Source of the DNA: an uncultured Planctomycetaceae bacterium
GTDB taxonomy: Bacteria; Planctomycetota; Planctomycetia; Isosphaerales; Isosphaeraceae
Length of the DNA: 64,000 nucleotides
Reading direction: 5' to 3'
NCBI GenBank assembly: GCA_963833985.1
Contig: CAWIAD010000001.1
Location: 1,504,001-1,568,000 of the forward strand
The position numbers and the translations under genes were made by a program. The notes below the pieces were generated by a model. The model was not told the origin of the DNA. It saw only the letters and a program-made list of their open reading frames with translations, and did not search any database. Below, piece after piece: positions 1 through 11,006 of this stretch (the first letter of the stretch is position 1; each line of letters starts with the position of its first letter).

Positions 1-652
1 GCGTGCTCATGTCGTGAGAGACCAGGATCACGGCGTGCGAGCGGTCGAGGAGACGGAGGATTCGCTGCTTGGCCCTGTCCTGGAAGGCGGCGTCGCCCAC
101 GCCGAGCGCCTCGTCGATGATGAGAATCTCCGGATCGATCTCGGTGGCGACGGCAAACGCCAGCCGCATGTACATGCCGCTGGAATAGTACTTCAGCGGC
201 AGGTCGGCGAACTCGCGCAGGCCCGTGAACTCGTGAATGCCTTCCACCTTGGAAAGCATCTGTTTACGTGAAAAACCCAGCATGGCTCCGTTGTAGAGGA
301 TGTTGTCGAAGCCGGAGAGCTCGATGTTGAAGCCCGCGCCCATCTCGATGAGCGGTGCCACGTTGCCGCGGACCTCGACGCTTCCAGTGGTCGGCGGATA
401 GATTCCCGCCAGCACCCGCAAGAGGGTGCTCTTGCCCGCGCCGTTGCCCCCCACGATGCCCACGCGCTCGCCGTGATGGATCCGCAAGCCGATCTCCTTG
501 AGCGCCCAGAATTCGGACACGGGCGCCGGCGACTCGCGCCTCAGCACCAGGTCGAGCACCGCGCGCTTGAAGGAGTACTGCTTGTCCGAATAGCTCACGA
601 ACCGGAGCGACACGCCGCGCAGCTCGACGAGCGGCTGCGACTTCGCTTGCAA
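1..652 (-). CDS. wzt: ABC transporter ATP-binding protein, polysaccharide export (Wzt/TagH-like), runs off the window edge
   Basis: Manual minus-strand translation gives FWALKEIGLRIHHGERVGIVGGNGAGKSTLLR (Walker A), YSSGMYMRLAF and LIIDEALGVGD. It lies directly after an ABC-2 permease; the start (TTG 652) is uncertain. Confidence 0.9.
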   Translation of the reverse strand, partial: MQAKSQPLVELRGVSLRFVSYSDKQYSFKRAVLDLVLRRESPAPVSEFWALKEIGLRIHHGERVGIVGGNGAGKSTLLRVLAGIYPPTTGSVEVRGNVAPLIEMGAGFNIELSGFDNILYNGAMLGFSRKQMLSKVEGIHEFTGLREFADLPLKYYSSGMYMRLAFAVATEIDPEILIIDEALGVGDAAFQDRAKQRILRLLDRSHAVILVSHDMST

Positions 653-677
653 TGCCGGCGCGGCTGGAGCCAGCGGC

Positions 678-1547
678 TCAGAGTCGGAATACCATCTTGT
701 CTTCTTGCGACTTGAATGCGGCATAGCCGATTCCCAGGCTCGCCAGCGCGATCACGGCGGCAAGCAGCCACGAGCCAGGCTGCGGCCACGTCCCGTAATA
801 GATGATGTCGTGGAAGAGCTCGATGAAGTAATAGGCCGGGTTGAGCCGGAACCGCCACTGCGACGTGGCCGCAAAGTCCTCGGCGCGGTAGAGGATGGGC
901 GTGGCGAAGTACCAGGCCTGGAAGAACACGCTGACCAGGTGCCCGCAATCGCGGTAAAACGTATTCGCCGTGGCGATCAACAGGCTTAACCCGAGCGTGA
1001 ATGCGGTGAAGAGAAAAATGGCGGCGGGCAGCAGCAGCATCGGCCACGAGATGCGTGCCCCAAGCGGCCAGAGCAAGAGGAAGAGCGAGGCCATCGACAG
1101 CAGCAGTGTCACCAGGTTGATGAGCACGCGCGCCAGCGGAAAGACGAGCTTGGGAATGAAGATTTTGCGGATCAACCCCTCGTTGGCGATGATGCACATG
1201 GCCGATTCATTGACGCTGCCGCTCAGCAGCCCCCACGGCACCAGCCCCGCGAACAGGTACACCGGGTAGTTCGCGATGCCCTTGAACAGGACGGAGAACA
1301 CCCAGGAAAGAATGGCCATCATCAAGAGCGGGTTCAGCAGGGTCCAGAAAAAACCGAGTACCGACCGCTGGTAGCGCACTCGCAGTTCCTGCATCACCAT
1401 GTTCTGGATCACTGGCCAGAACCTGGGCAACTGCTGGCGATCGTCTTGCAACCGCTTCCGCCACACGCCGGGCCGCCTTGGCCCCTGCACGGGCGCAGCC
1501 GGAAACCTGCCGTCGGGCGGCGTTGACGAATTCGTGCAAACATCCAT
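678..1547 (-). CDS. wzm: ABC-2 type polysaccharide export permease (Wzm/TagG-like)
   Basis: ELRVRYQRSVLGFFWTLLNPLLMM, FYRDCGHL, WYFATPILY and LNP motifs, with several hydrophobic helices. Confidence 0.9.
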   Translation of the reverse strand: MDVCTNSSTPPDGRFPAAPVQGPRRPGVWRKRLQDDRQQLPRFWPVIQNMVMQELRVRYQRSVLGFFWTLLNPLLMMAILSWVFSVLFKGIANYPVYLFAGLVPWGLLSGSVNESAMCIIANEGLIRKIFIPKLVFPLARVLINLVTLLLSMASLFLLLWPLGARISWPMLLLPAAIFLFTAFTLGLSLLIATANTFYRDCGHLVSVFFQAWYFATPILYRAEDFAATSQWRFRLNPAYYFIELFHDIIYYGTWPQPGSWLLAAVIALASLGIGYAAFKSQEDKMVFRL

Positions 1548-1904
1548 GTTCCGCGTGTTTCCACCCACTTCGCCGGATCGCCTCCTGCTTCCCTGCGTTT
1601 CGCGCGGCATCTTACGCGCATCGGCGGGATGGAGGAAGATCAACCGGAGGGCGGAGCCCGCCGGACCACGCGCGTTGGAACGATGGTTTCCACGCGCTCC
1701 CGAAAAGTGTACACGGGGTCATCCTTGCGACCACGTGGGACCGCGCCGTCTCTTACTCGGCCCGGGCGCCGTCACGACCTGGGTGCGAGACGTGTATCTG
1801 TTCCGGTGCGCCTGATCCGGGTGACAGATGCATCATGCCTGGCTAGAATGAAGACTTCAAACCTGAGCACATTCCCGCCCTCACTCAAGACGGAAAGCAA
1901 CGCC

Positions 1905-2516
1905 ATGCCTGATGACGCGTCAGTCTCCGGATGGCTCGAAGGGCTCAAGGCTGGCGATGAGGCCGATATCCAGCGGCTCTGGGATCGCTACTTCGAGCAA
2001 CTCGTGCGGCTGGCGGGGAAGAAGCTTCCGGGGCACGCGCGCAGAGAATTCGACGAGGAAGACGTGGCCCTGAGCGCGTTCCACAGCTTTTGCGACCGCG
2101 TCGGCCGCGGGCAGTTCCCGCAGCTTGCCGACCGCGACGACCTCTGGCGGCTGCTTGTGACAATCACCGCTCGCAAGGCTGTCAGCCTGGTGCGTTATCA
2201 GAATCGCAAGAAGCGCGGGGGTGGGAAGGTACAGGGAGAGTCGGCGTTCCTGGATGCCGGCGGCGACGGGCCAGCAGGTGATGGGCTGGCGGGGTTCTTG
2301 AGCCGCGAACCGACACCCGAGATCGCGGCCCAGTTCGCCGAGGAGTACGACCGGCTGCTCGCGAAGCTCCACAATCCATCGCTCCGCACGATCGCCTTGC
2401 GCACGCTTGAAGGCCATGGCGCGGAGGAGATTGCCAGGGAGCTCGGCACGTCGTCCCGGACCGTTCACCGCAAGCTCGAGCTGATCCGGGCCCTCTGGGC
2501 GGAGGAGATGGCATGA
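1905..2516 (+). CDS. ECF-type RNA polymerase sigma factor (planctomycete Sigma70_ECF type, kinase-associated)
   Basis: SVSGWLEGLKAGDEADIQRLWDRYFEQLVRLA, DEEDVALSAF and a C-terminal HTH EEIARELGTSSRTVHRKL. The stop overlaps the start of the kinase (ATGA). Confidence 0.9.
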   Translation: MPDDASVSGWLEGLKAGDEADIQRLWDRYFEQLVRLAGKKLPGHARREFDEEDVALSAFHSFCDRVGRGQFPQLADRDDLWRLLVTITARKAVSLVRYQNRKKRGGGKVQGESAFLDAGGDGPAGDGLAGFLSREPTPEIAAQFAEEYDRLLAKLHNPSLRTIALRTLEGHGAEEIARELGTSSRTVHRKLELIRALWAEEMA

Positions 2517-5448
2517 TGACCTCGCGGGCGTCGGTCGTCGGGGACGAACTGCCTGTCGCCGAGTTGGTGCGGATTGACGAGGCGTGCGATCAGTTCGAAG
2601 CGGCCTGGCGCAGCGGTGAGGAGCCGGACCTGACGTCATCTCTGGAGACAGTTCCGGATCGGGCTCGAGGACGGCTCCTGCGCGAATTGCTGGCGATTGA
2701 CCTGGAGTTTCGCCGGCGCCGGGGAGAGCTGTGCCGGCCTGAAGAGTACCATGCCAGCCTTCCCGAGTACGGGGATGCCATCGAGCAGACGTTCGCGGCG
2801 ATGGAACAGGGGCGTGCGACGCTCGCTTCCCCAGGCCGCGCGTGGCGGTCAGGTTCCACAGCCGGCAAGACAGACGGCTCCGGAGCACCGCCGGATGCCA
2901 GGCTCCAGCGCGCGATTCTCAGCCCTGCCGTCAGCGCGGCAATGCGGTCGGCCGGGTACGAGGTGCTTGGCGAGCTGGGCCGGGGTGGCATGGGAGTGGT
3001 TTACCTGGCCCGCAAGCTGGCGCTCAACAGGCTCTGCGCCTGAAGATGATCCTGGCCGGCGCACACGCCGGTACGGCCACCGCGGCACGGTTCCGGGCCG
3101 AGGCCGAGATGATCGCCAGGCTACAGCACCCTGACGTCGTGCAGATCTATCACGTGGGCGAGGTGGAGGGGTTGCCGTTCCTGGAACTGGAGTATCTCGC
3201 CGGCGGAGGGCTCGACGAGCGTCTTGGCGGCAGACCGATGACCCCACGGGACGCCGCCCGCCTGGTGCAGACGGTTGCCCTTGCGATCGCTCGGGCGCAC
3301 CGTGAGGGCATCATCCACCGCGATCTCAAACCCGCGAACATCCTGCTGGACGCGGCCGGCAATCCCAAGGTGGCGGACTTCGGGCTGGCCAAGATCCTGG
3401 ACTCGGACCAGGGCCTGACGAAGTCACGTGCCGTGGTTGGCTCGCCCAGCTACATGGCACCCGAGCAGGCCGAGGGGAGCCTGTCCGAGGTGGGGGTGGG
3501 CACCGATGTCTATGCTCTGGGCGCAGTGCTCTACGAGCTCTTGACCGGGCGGCCGCCCTTCCACGCACCGACGGCCATCGAGACGCTCGCCCAGGTGAAA
3601 GCGAATGACCCGGTACCTCCCACTCAGGTCCAGCCTGGCTTGCCGCGCGACCTGGAGACCATCTGCCTGCACTGCCTGGAAAAGTTGCCGGCACGGCGGT
3701 ACGCGTCGGCCGATGAGCTGGCCGAGGATATCCGCCGCTACCTTGCCGGCGAGACCATCCACGCCCGATCGGCTTCCGTCCGGGAGCGGGTGCTCAAGTG
3801 GTCGCGGCGCCGCCCGGCGTTGGCGACGGCCGCCGGCGTGGGCGTCGCCGCGCTGGCCGTGCTGCTGGCTGGCGGCTTCTATTACAACGCCCGGCTCCAG
3901 GCCGCGCTCCGCGAGGCCGTGCGCGAACGGAACATCACCCAGCGCAGCCTGGAGGAACTCGTCTTCGGCATGCAGGAAGCGCTCGGCGAATCCTCGGCGA
4001 CCCGTGCCCTGCGGCAGAACTTGCTGCTCACGGCCATCTCGGGACTGGAGGACGTCGCCCGGCGGACCGCCGCGGCCAAGCCCGACCTCAGCCGCGCGGT
4101 CGCTCACCGCAAGCTGGGCGACATCTTCCGCCAGATTGGCAGGACCAACGCCGCACGCGACCAGTACGAACGCTCTCGCGGCCTCGCCGAGAACCTCCTG
4201 GGGAACCCGCCTGATCCGGTCGTGGCGGAATCCCTGGCCAGGGCCTATCTCGGCCTCGGGCAGTTGAGCATGATGCGCCGGCCCACTGAGGCCAAGGCGT
4301 ACCTCCAGCGCGCCGTGGAGCTCTCCATGCTGGTGGAAGCGGCGGTTCCGGCTCACGGCAAGGCGCGCCGCGGGCTGATCGAGGCCAGCTTCCAGCTTGG
4401 CCGGGCGCACGGCTTCGCTGGTGATTACCCGGAAGCCGAATCCTGGTTTCGCAAGTCCAGCGACCTGACCCGGAACTGGCTCGCCGAGGAAAAGAATAAT
4501 ACGCTAGCCAGCGACATGCTCGCATCCTGCTACCGCAAACTTGCCGATATGCGAAAGTTTGCGAAAGATTTCGAGGCCGCCCGCAATCTTTACCTTGAGG
4601 CGATCGCGATCGGCGAGGGGATCACCGCCGGCACATCCGGCAACACCGAGGCCCACGAGCACCTCGCCACCGCCCTGCACGACCTGGCCGGAGTCCTCTA
4701 TACCATGCGGCTCCCCGCCGAGGCACGCGGGTATCTCAGGCGGGCCGAGACGCTGTGCAACCAGCTCATTGCCGGTGACCCGGAATCGGTGGAAAGCCAG
4801 GTCCGGCTGGTCCTGGTCCTGGCCGACCTGGCTCGCATTGCCAGGGACGAAGGAGACTACGTCGCCGCCCTCGAAAGCTACGAGAAAGCACGTGACCGCC
4901 TCGTACAGCTCAAGAGCCGCCACCTGGTTGAGGATTATGGCCCGCTGGAAGGCCATTACCTGGAGGGCTTGCAGGAAGCCTGCGACGAGTGCCGCAGCGC
5001 TCCGCTGGCGCTCGGTGAGTTGAGCGCGATCCGGACTCTTCCGGGCGCCGAGGCGATCACGTTGCTGAAGACACGTGCCCGGCTGCTCTGGGCCGCCGGT
5101 CGCGTGCCGGAGTTTGTCGAGACAGCCCGCGTGCTGCTGAAACAAAAACCCGGCCGGCCGCAAGAACTCTATGCGCAGGCTCGTGCCCTTGCGCTCTGCG
5201 TTGCCTGTCTCGACTCACGGTCTGAACCGGTTCCACAGATCGACAATCGGTTGCAGCTGCGCCAGAATTGCGTGGTGCAGTCGCTGGCGGCGCTCGATGA
5301 GGCCACTCGGCAGGGCCTTGACGACGTTCAGCGCATCGAGACGGACGAAGCCCTGGCACCGGTGCGGAAGGAGCCGGGCTTCGAATCGATGATCGCCCGG
5401 CTCCGCAATGGAGCCGAAGCCGTTGCCAGGGTGAAGCCCAGCAACTGA
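2513..5448 (+). CDS. Ser/Thr protein kinase with C-terminal TPR-like repeats; one frameshift near 3040
   Basis: ORF 2513..3043 ends with GELGRGGMGVVY...LCA. The overlapping frame continues LKMIL, HRDLKPANILL, DFGLAK, GSPSYMAPEQA. A single missing base at tgcgcc|tgaag restores ALKMI. Confidence 0.9.
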
Positions 5449-6128
5449 CCGCTCCCCTCTCATGCCGTGTTGCTTGAGAAGTGCGCCGGCCGTGCTTGAA
5501 TGGTTTCGGGATGCTGCGAACGCATTCAGGGCCTGCGTGACGGCGAGTTCGACCGAGCAGTCTGTACGGCCGTTTCGAGTCGTTCTTTGGGCTCCTGATT
5601 CGAGCTGATCTTACCAGCGGCGATCTTCACGGCAGAGTCGCTCTCAAGATACGCCCGGTCGAGCCGATCGATCCTCTCGGGCACGCCGGCTTGCGCGGCC
5701 TGCGCCGCCTCCAAACCTTCAGCTTACCGTCCTTGGGCCGCAAGCCGTGCGATCCATCCGGTCAAGCTGGGCCAGTGCCTCATGACAGTCCCGTCCGCGT
5801 GCATGAAGTCAGCCGGCTGATCGCGGTTGAGTTCCCGGTCGCCCATGCCGTTGCCCCCCGCGGGACGCGGACGGTTTCGGGTGTTTTTTTCCATGAAAGC
5901 CTTGCATTGCCGCAGTATGATACCGAACTGCCCCCCTCTTGCCTTTCAAAAAAAATGGTTTTCTTCCGTCGGTCGGATTGGCATCGTCCCGGCTCTGCCG
6001 CGGCAACCGGGATCCGAAGAATTCGCGAACGGGGAGAAAGGAAGGCGCAGGGACGTGCGTACTGTGTTCTTGACAAGCTGTCCCATCAACGCTGACCAGA
6101 CTTGCCCGTCAATCCCGGAGATGATTTC

Positions 6129-9059
6129 ATGGCCCAGGCAGACCCATCCACCAGATTCCCGGAGCTCCGGCCGCTCCGTTCGGATCCGACGCTTCATCAC
6201 TTCCTTGGTTTTGGACTTTATCTCGTTGGTGACCGGGACTTTGACGTGGAGACGCAGAGTTTCGTCCGGACGCTTTGCCTGTGCGTCTTCTACATTCCCG
6301 TACTGGCCCTGCGCTCGTACCGCGTGGCTCCCAGAGACGACGGCTGGCAGTACCTGGGAAGCGTTCCGGTCTCCACACCGGCGCGTCTGCTGAGCCTGGC
6401 GGCGGCCGCGACGCTGTTCGGCGGGGGTGGCTTCCTCACCTGGAACGTCGTTTCCAACTTGCCCGACCGCGTGGCCCTGCGCAAGCTGGGCGAGGCCGGA
6501 CAGCTCGTGGCGGAGGGGAACGCCGCCAGCGCGGCGATGCTCTACGCCGAGGTGGCTTCGGGACCGACCGGGCATGCCGGCCCGGCCGCCCGGCAACTGG
6601 CGGGATTGCTCAAAAAGGCACGCTTTCAGCATGAGTGGAAGGGCCGCGAGGAGATCGTTCGCGCGGCCCTCAAAACCCAGAGGGCAGGACGCTGGCCCGC
6701 TTCCGTCGCGTCGCTCGCCAAGGACGGACTTGATGTGGCTCGAAACATGGCCAGCAGCGACCCGAAGGGCGCATGGCTTGTCCTCGACGCCATCGCGCCG
6801 CTGGCCTCGCAGGACGCTTCGCTTGCGGATCTCCGTCTGCAACTGCTGGAACAGAGCGTCGCCGCCGACCCCGCCAGCCCCGAGTGGTCCTCGCGCCTGG
6901 CGCTCGAGTACGAGTCGAGGGACCAGTTTGACCGTTGCGAGAGACTCCTCGTACCACTGCGCGCGCAACTCGGGGACCTTGAGGGTGCACGGATCCTGGC
7001 CTCCATCGACGTCCGGGCCAACCGCATCGAGCAGGCCTTGCCGCTGCTTCGCACCTACACCCGCGAGCGACTCGTGCGGTTTCAAGCGGCCGAGCGCAAG
7101 CTCCAGGCCGCCGTTCGATCCTGTCAGGAGAAGAGCATCAAGCATCTGGAGATCGACCATCCCGGCGACTTCTCGTGGGACACCTATCAATCTGCCAATG
7201 AAGAGGTTCGCGAGAAACTTGTGACAGAATATGTGATGCGCAATCTCAAGAATGATCCGGACATCCTGCGCACCCAGCGGGCAATGATCTCCGAGTCCGG
7301 CGTGGCAGCCACGGCCTTGCAACTGGGCCTGCTGCTGCTCCAGCGGGCGCAGGCTCAACCGGATAGCCGCAAGGCGCTGCTTGATGAGGCGGAGAAGACG
7401 TTTCTGGCCGTCAGCCGTGTGGCGGGTGACCGCGAGGAATATCAGCTCAGCCTGGCTCAGGTCTACTACTGGCAAGGCAAGCATGCCGATGGTCAACTGC
7501 TGCTGGACAACTTGCTCAAGGCCCATAACCGCGATCCGGAACTGCTGCTGCACGCAGCGAACATGCTGCGCAAAGTGGGCAGCGTCTCGCAGGCGCGCGA
7601 GCTCGCCGAGGAAGGTTACAACAAGGCGCCCCAGGGCCACGTCAAGGACGGGCTCGCGCTGCTGTTGGCACTGATGTGCGAAGACGAGGATTGCCGCAAG
7701 ACCTGGTACCCTCGCGCCAACAGCAAGGACCCTCAGGTGAAGGCAATGGTGCTGGAGGAAAAGGCCAGCCACGCATTCCTTGATGGAAACATGGCGCTGG
7801 CGGTCAGCAGCCTGAGATCGGCCGTTTCGGTCTATGAGTTCATGCCGGAGACCGCAAGCGTCCTGAACAACACCTGGGTTGTACTCAGCCGCCTGGCCGT
7901 GCTCACCGGCGATGCCAGAGAGCGCCAGCGCGCCGCGGCCAAGATCGCCCGCGCGACCGAGCTGGATCCGAGCAACAGCCTCACGCTCAAGAATGCAGCA
8001 AGCTCGTTGATCGACGGCGGTCTGCGTGAGCTGATCGGGCCGGCCGTCGATTTTGACCTGCTCAAGGAGGCGCCGGGTCAGGAGATGATCCACTTGCTTG
8101 CCAGGGACGAGCAGGTGTGCGCGGCGCTCGTCCGGCGGCACGGTGAACAAAAACAGTTAAACCGCGCGCTGGCACTCCTGAACAACGTGATCGTGCTGTC
8201 GCCGCGAGATCCCGACAATTACGAGCAAGCGGCCCGCATGCTGGTGTATCGAAGGGACACCGAGGGACTCCGAAAGCTGCTCGCCTCGCTGCTGCGCGTT
8301 GAGCTGGATCTGGGCGACGCCGCTCGAGAGTTCAGGGACCGTGAGTCCGGGAAAAATGATGAATTGTGGAAGCGAACTACGGAGGCTGCTCTCAAGTACA
8401 TGGAGCCGAACGTGCAGGCGGCCCGTTCCAGGGGAGGCGCCACATTTGCCCTTGCCGTCTCGCAAGTCGTCTCTCGTCGCATCGCGGCCGATTCTTACGG
8501 TATCAAGGCCGACCCGAACGCCCTGGTCGCCCTGGCCGAGGAAGCGTACGCGGCGTCTCCCTCGCTGTACACGCGCTGGATAATTGCCAACGCATTGCTC
8601 TTTCGCGCCGGCGACCGACTGGCCAGGGCTGACCAGAAGTTCGCCGAAGTCCGTGATCGCTCGCGCAGGTCGCTGTCGTCGCTGGAGCTATTCTGCTGCG
8701 TCCTTTCGAGCGATGGCCCGATCAAGGACCTGGTGCTCAAGGACCCCGACGTCATGCACGCCATCGACCTGATGCGGGAGACGTACGCCGCCTCTCCTAC
8801 GTACGCAGCCGGAGTTCAGCTCTGGCTCATGCTCCGCAGCCGCTATCCGGAAGTCGCCAGGTCCGTTGCGAAAACATACCTCGAGAGTGAGCCGGACAGG
8901 CTGGGAGACGAAATCCTGGCACGGATCAAGCCGTACGACGAGACCCAGGTTTTGAAGGCATACGGCAAGGCCCTCATGCAAGGCCAGGAAAGTGCTGCAC
9001 GGAAAACCCTTCAGGACGCCACCGGCCGGGGCATTTCTCTCCCCATCGAGACAAGGTAG
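6129..9059 (+). CDS. Large membrane-anchored helical-repeat (TPR-like) protein
   Basis: Open ~976 codons. Hydrophobic N-terminal segments (LCLCVFYIPVLAL; AAATLFGGGGFLTW) precede TPR-like helices (LSLAQVYYWQGKHADG). Confidence 0.7.
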   Translation: MAQADPSTRFPELRPLRSDPTLHHFLGFGLYLVGDRDFDVETQSFVRTLCLCVFYIPVLALRSYRVAPRDDGWQYLGSVPVSTPARLLSLAAAATLFGGGGFLTWNVVSNLPDRVALRKLGEAGQLVAEGNAASAAMLYAEVASGPTGHAGPAARQLAGLLKKARFQHEWKGREEIVRAALKTQRAGRWPASVASLAKDGLDVARNMASSDPKGAWLVLDAIAPLASQDASLADLRLQLLEQSVAADPASPEWSSRLALEYESRDQFDRCERLLVPLRAQLGDLEGARILASIDVRANRIEQALPLLRTYTRERLVRFQAAERKLQAAVRSCQEKSIKHLEIDHPGDFSWDTYQSANEEVREKLVTEYVMRNLKNDPDILRTQRAMISESGVAATALQLGLLLLQRAQAQPDSRKALLDEAEKTFLAVSRVAGDREEYQLSLAQVYYWQGKHADGQLLLDNLLKAHNRDPELLLHAANMLRKVGSVSQARELAEEGYNKAPQGHVKDGLALLLALMCEDEDCRKTWYPRANSKDPQVKAMVLEEKASHAFLDGNMALAVSSLRSAVSVYEFMPETASVLNNTWVVLSRLAVLTGDARERQRAAAKIARATELDPSNSLTLKNAASSLIDGGLRELIGPAVDFDLLKEAPGQEMIHLLARDEQVCAALVRRHGEQKQLNRALALLNNVIVLSPRDPDNYEQAARMLVYRRDTEGLRKLLASLLRVELDLGDAAREFRDRESGKNDELWKRTTEAALKYMEPNVQAARSRGGATFALAVSQVVSRRIAADSYGIKADPNALVALAEEAYAASPSLYTRWIIANALLFRAGDRLARADQKFAEVRDRSRRSLSSLELFCCVLSSDGPIKDLVLKDPDVMHAIDLMRETYAASPTYAAGVQLWLMLRSRYPEVARSVAKTYLESEPDRLGDEILARIKPYDETQVLKAYGKALMQGQESAARKTLQDATGRGISLPIETR

Positions 9060-9163
9060 ATCCCTCGCGACAGGGCTTTCCGCCTTGTGACCGTTGCCGT
9101 GATCCATGAGGCGTTGGGCGGATCACCCAGCACAGTTCAACATGCGTAATCGTGCGTGCTGGA

Positions 9164-10718
9164 TTAGCCGTGGGCGCGCATGATCGCGGAAGTGCTCAGT
9201 ACCCCGCCGTTGGCGTCAAGGGCCTGAACCTCGTAAAAGGGACCCGCGGCCGTGGTTGTGATCGCCGTCTCGAAGCCCGTGCGCGCTGCGGTCGCAACCG
9301 GCGAGAGCGACGCGCGCAATGCGCCGGCGAGCAATTCCCACGCGGTCGTCTCGGTCGAGCCATTCCATGTGGCGTACGCGGTGGCTTGCCCGTTCATGGA
9401 TGTGACCCACGCCGTCGGTCTCGTGAGCGGCAGGCCCACCCACGGCAGGCTCAAGGCGCGATAAGAAATGTCCTGGCCGGCCAGCACGTAATCGGCCAGG
9501 ACCGTCCCAGTGCTGGAATACTCGGTGTAATAGGAGCTCAACTGTCCGCCGGGTTGAGTGTCCGATCCCCAGCCGATGAACACGTTGCCGTTTGGAAGTA
9601 TCTCGAGGTTGCCCTGGCTGTTCGAATACAGCGCCGGGTCGTGGTAGAAAGGCGGAGTTGCAGGACTTGCCGTGTGGTTCTGGACGTTGAGGTTCAAGAT
9701 CAGGCCGCGCGCGGGGCCGTATGGCCCGGCGTAAGGCGGCGCGCCCAGGCCGCCGTTGTCGAACAGGCTGATCCCTCCAGCCGTGAAGCGCGCATCGTGC
9801 TGATACTGGAAGGCCGAGTTGTATGGGCCAGTGATCAGGTTGGACGGCAGGCTGAACTGGTTCTCCTTGCCGCCGATCTGCCAGAGAAGCTGCCCTGTCG
9901 TGGCACCGACGTCATAGATTCCCCAGGTGTTGCGCGGAAACCAGGACTTGCGAGCCGTCGGGACTCACATCAATCGAATTGGCATGGTACGCGTCCCAGG
10001 GCTGTCCCGGAGTCGTGGGAACAGGGACCATCGAATCGCTCAATGGGACATGCGCGGCCATGTCCCAGGAGAAAACCGGCTTCCCTGTTCGCAGGTTGAT
10101 TCCCTGGATGACCGGGTCTTCAATCGCCCCGTTTTTCGGACCGCCGTAGGGCGTCAGGTCCGCCTTCACGGGTCTCGTCGTGATGAAGAACGCGTCACCT
10201 TGTGGCGTGATCGTGAGCTCGTGCAAGTCCAGCCCGACGCCGTTCGGCGCTTTCACCGACATGATCTTCCGGTAGTTCTGGTTGTAGATGACGAAGTTGC
10301 CCCCCAGCGACGTGCCCGCGGGCATTTTGCTCGATGTGATCCCCGCGATCCTTCCCTGCCACCATATCAACACCGGTTTGCCGAACAGAGTCTGGGCCTG
10401 GAAGTCGATCACCTGCACCCTGTTGTTGCTGGAAAAAGGCTGAAACCAGATCGGATTCCCGGCGCTATCCATGATGAGCGGACCGGTCTGGCCAACCAAT
10501 CGAGTTGGGTCGGTGGATTGGTCGTACGGCGCGACGAAGATCGGGTTGTGGGAGGCACCGGCACGGAGTGCCAGCACGTTCACCTTCATCGGTCGAAGCT
10601 GCGGCGTGCTCACGAAGCTCCAGACGCCGCTTGCGTTGCTGAGCAAGTTGCGGCTCTCGAGCCCCTCCAGCGCGGCGCCGCGCAACGCAGACCGCGAGCG
10701 CGTGAACCGCGATGCGAA
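9164..10718 (-). CDS. Arylsulfotransferase (ASST) family protein with planctomycete extracellular N-terminal motif; frameshift near 9933
   Basis: LEGLESRNLLS, DLHELTIT, WDAYHANSID and, after the shift, (SAR)NTWGIY, FQYQHDARF, SLFDNG, SQGNLEILPNGNVFIGWG and SYRA. The start is uncertain. Confidence 0.8.
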
Positions 10719-11006
10719 TTATCACCCAGGAACTGGAACGTCCGAGTCAACCAGCGGGCAGCGCACGATGTCATGAACGAACCCTCTCATCGCGAACACG
10801 GCGAATTCGACCGGGCGCTCCTTCACGTCATTCTCCTTCAACGCCTCGTTCCAGGCGTTGTCTGGCACCTCCAGAAGCACATCGATGAGCTCATCACCGA
10901 GTGAACCGCCTCCGCTTACTTTCAGTGCGGCCTCATCGATCGACTCCGCGAGAACCAGCGATATCCCCATGGATCGAACAGAATGACGATCGATCTTGAG
11001 TGGAAA

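Noticed and set aside
5449..6128. 680-bp intergenic region as an ncRNA or small gene (ORF 5526..5714)
   Set aside because: I could not support any RNA motif, RBS or protein family.
5946..8150. 734-aa antisense ORF, and similar long shadow ORFs such as 42453..43832 and 21290..22414
   Set aside because: They are antisense shadows of real genes, expected in high-GC DNA, and show no recognisable motifs.
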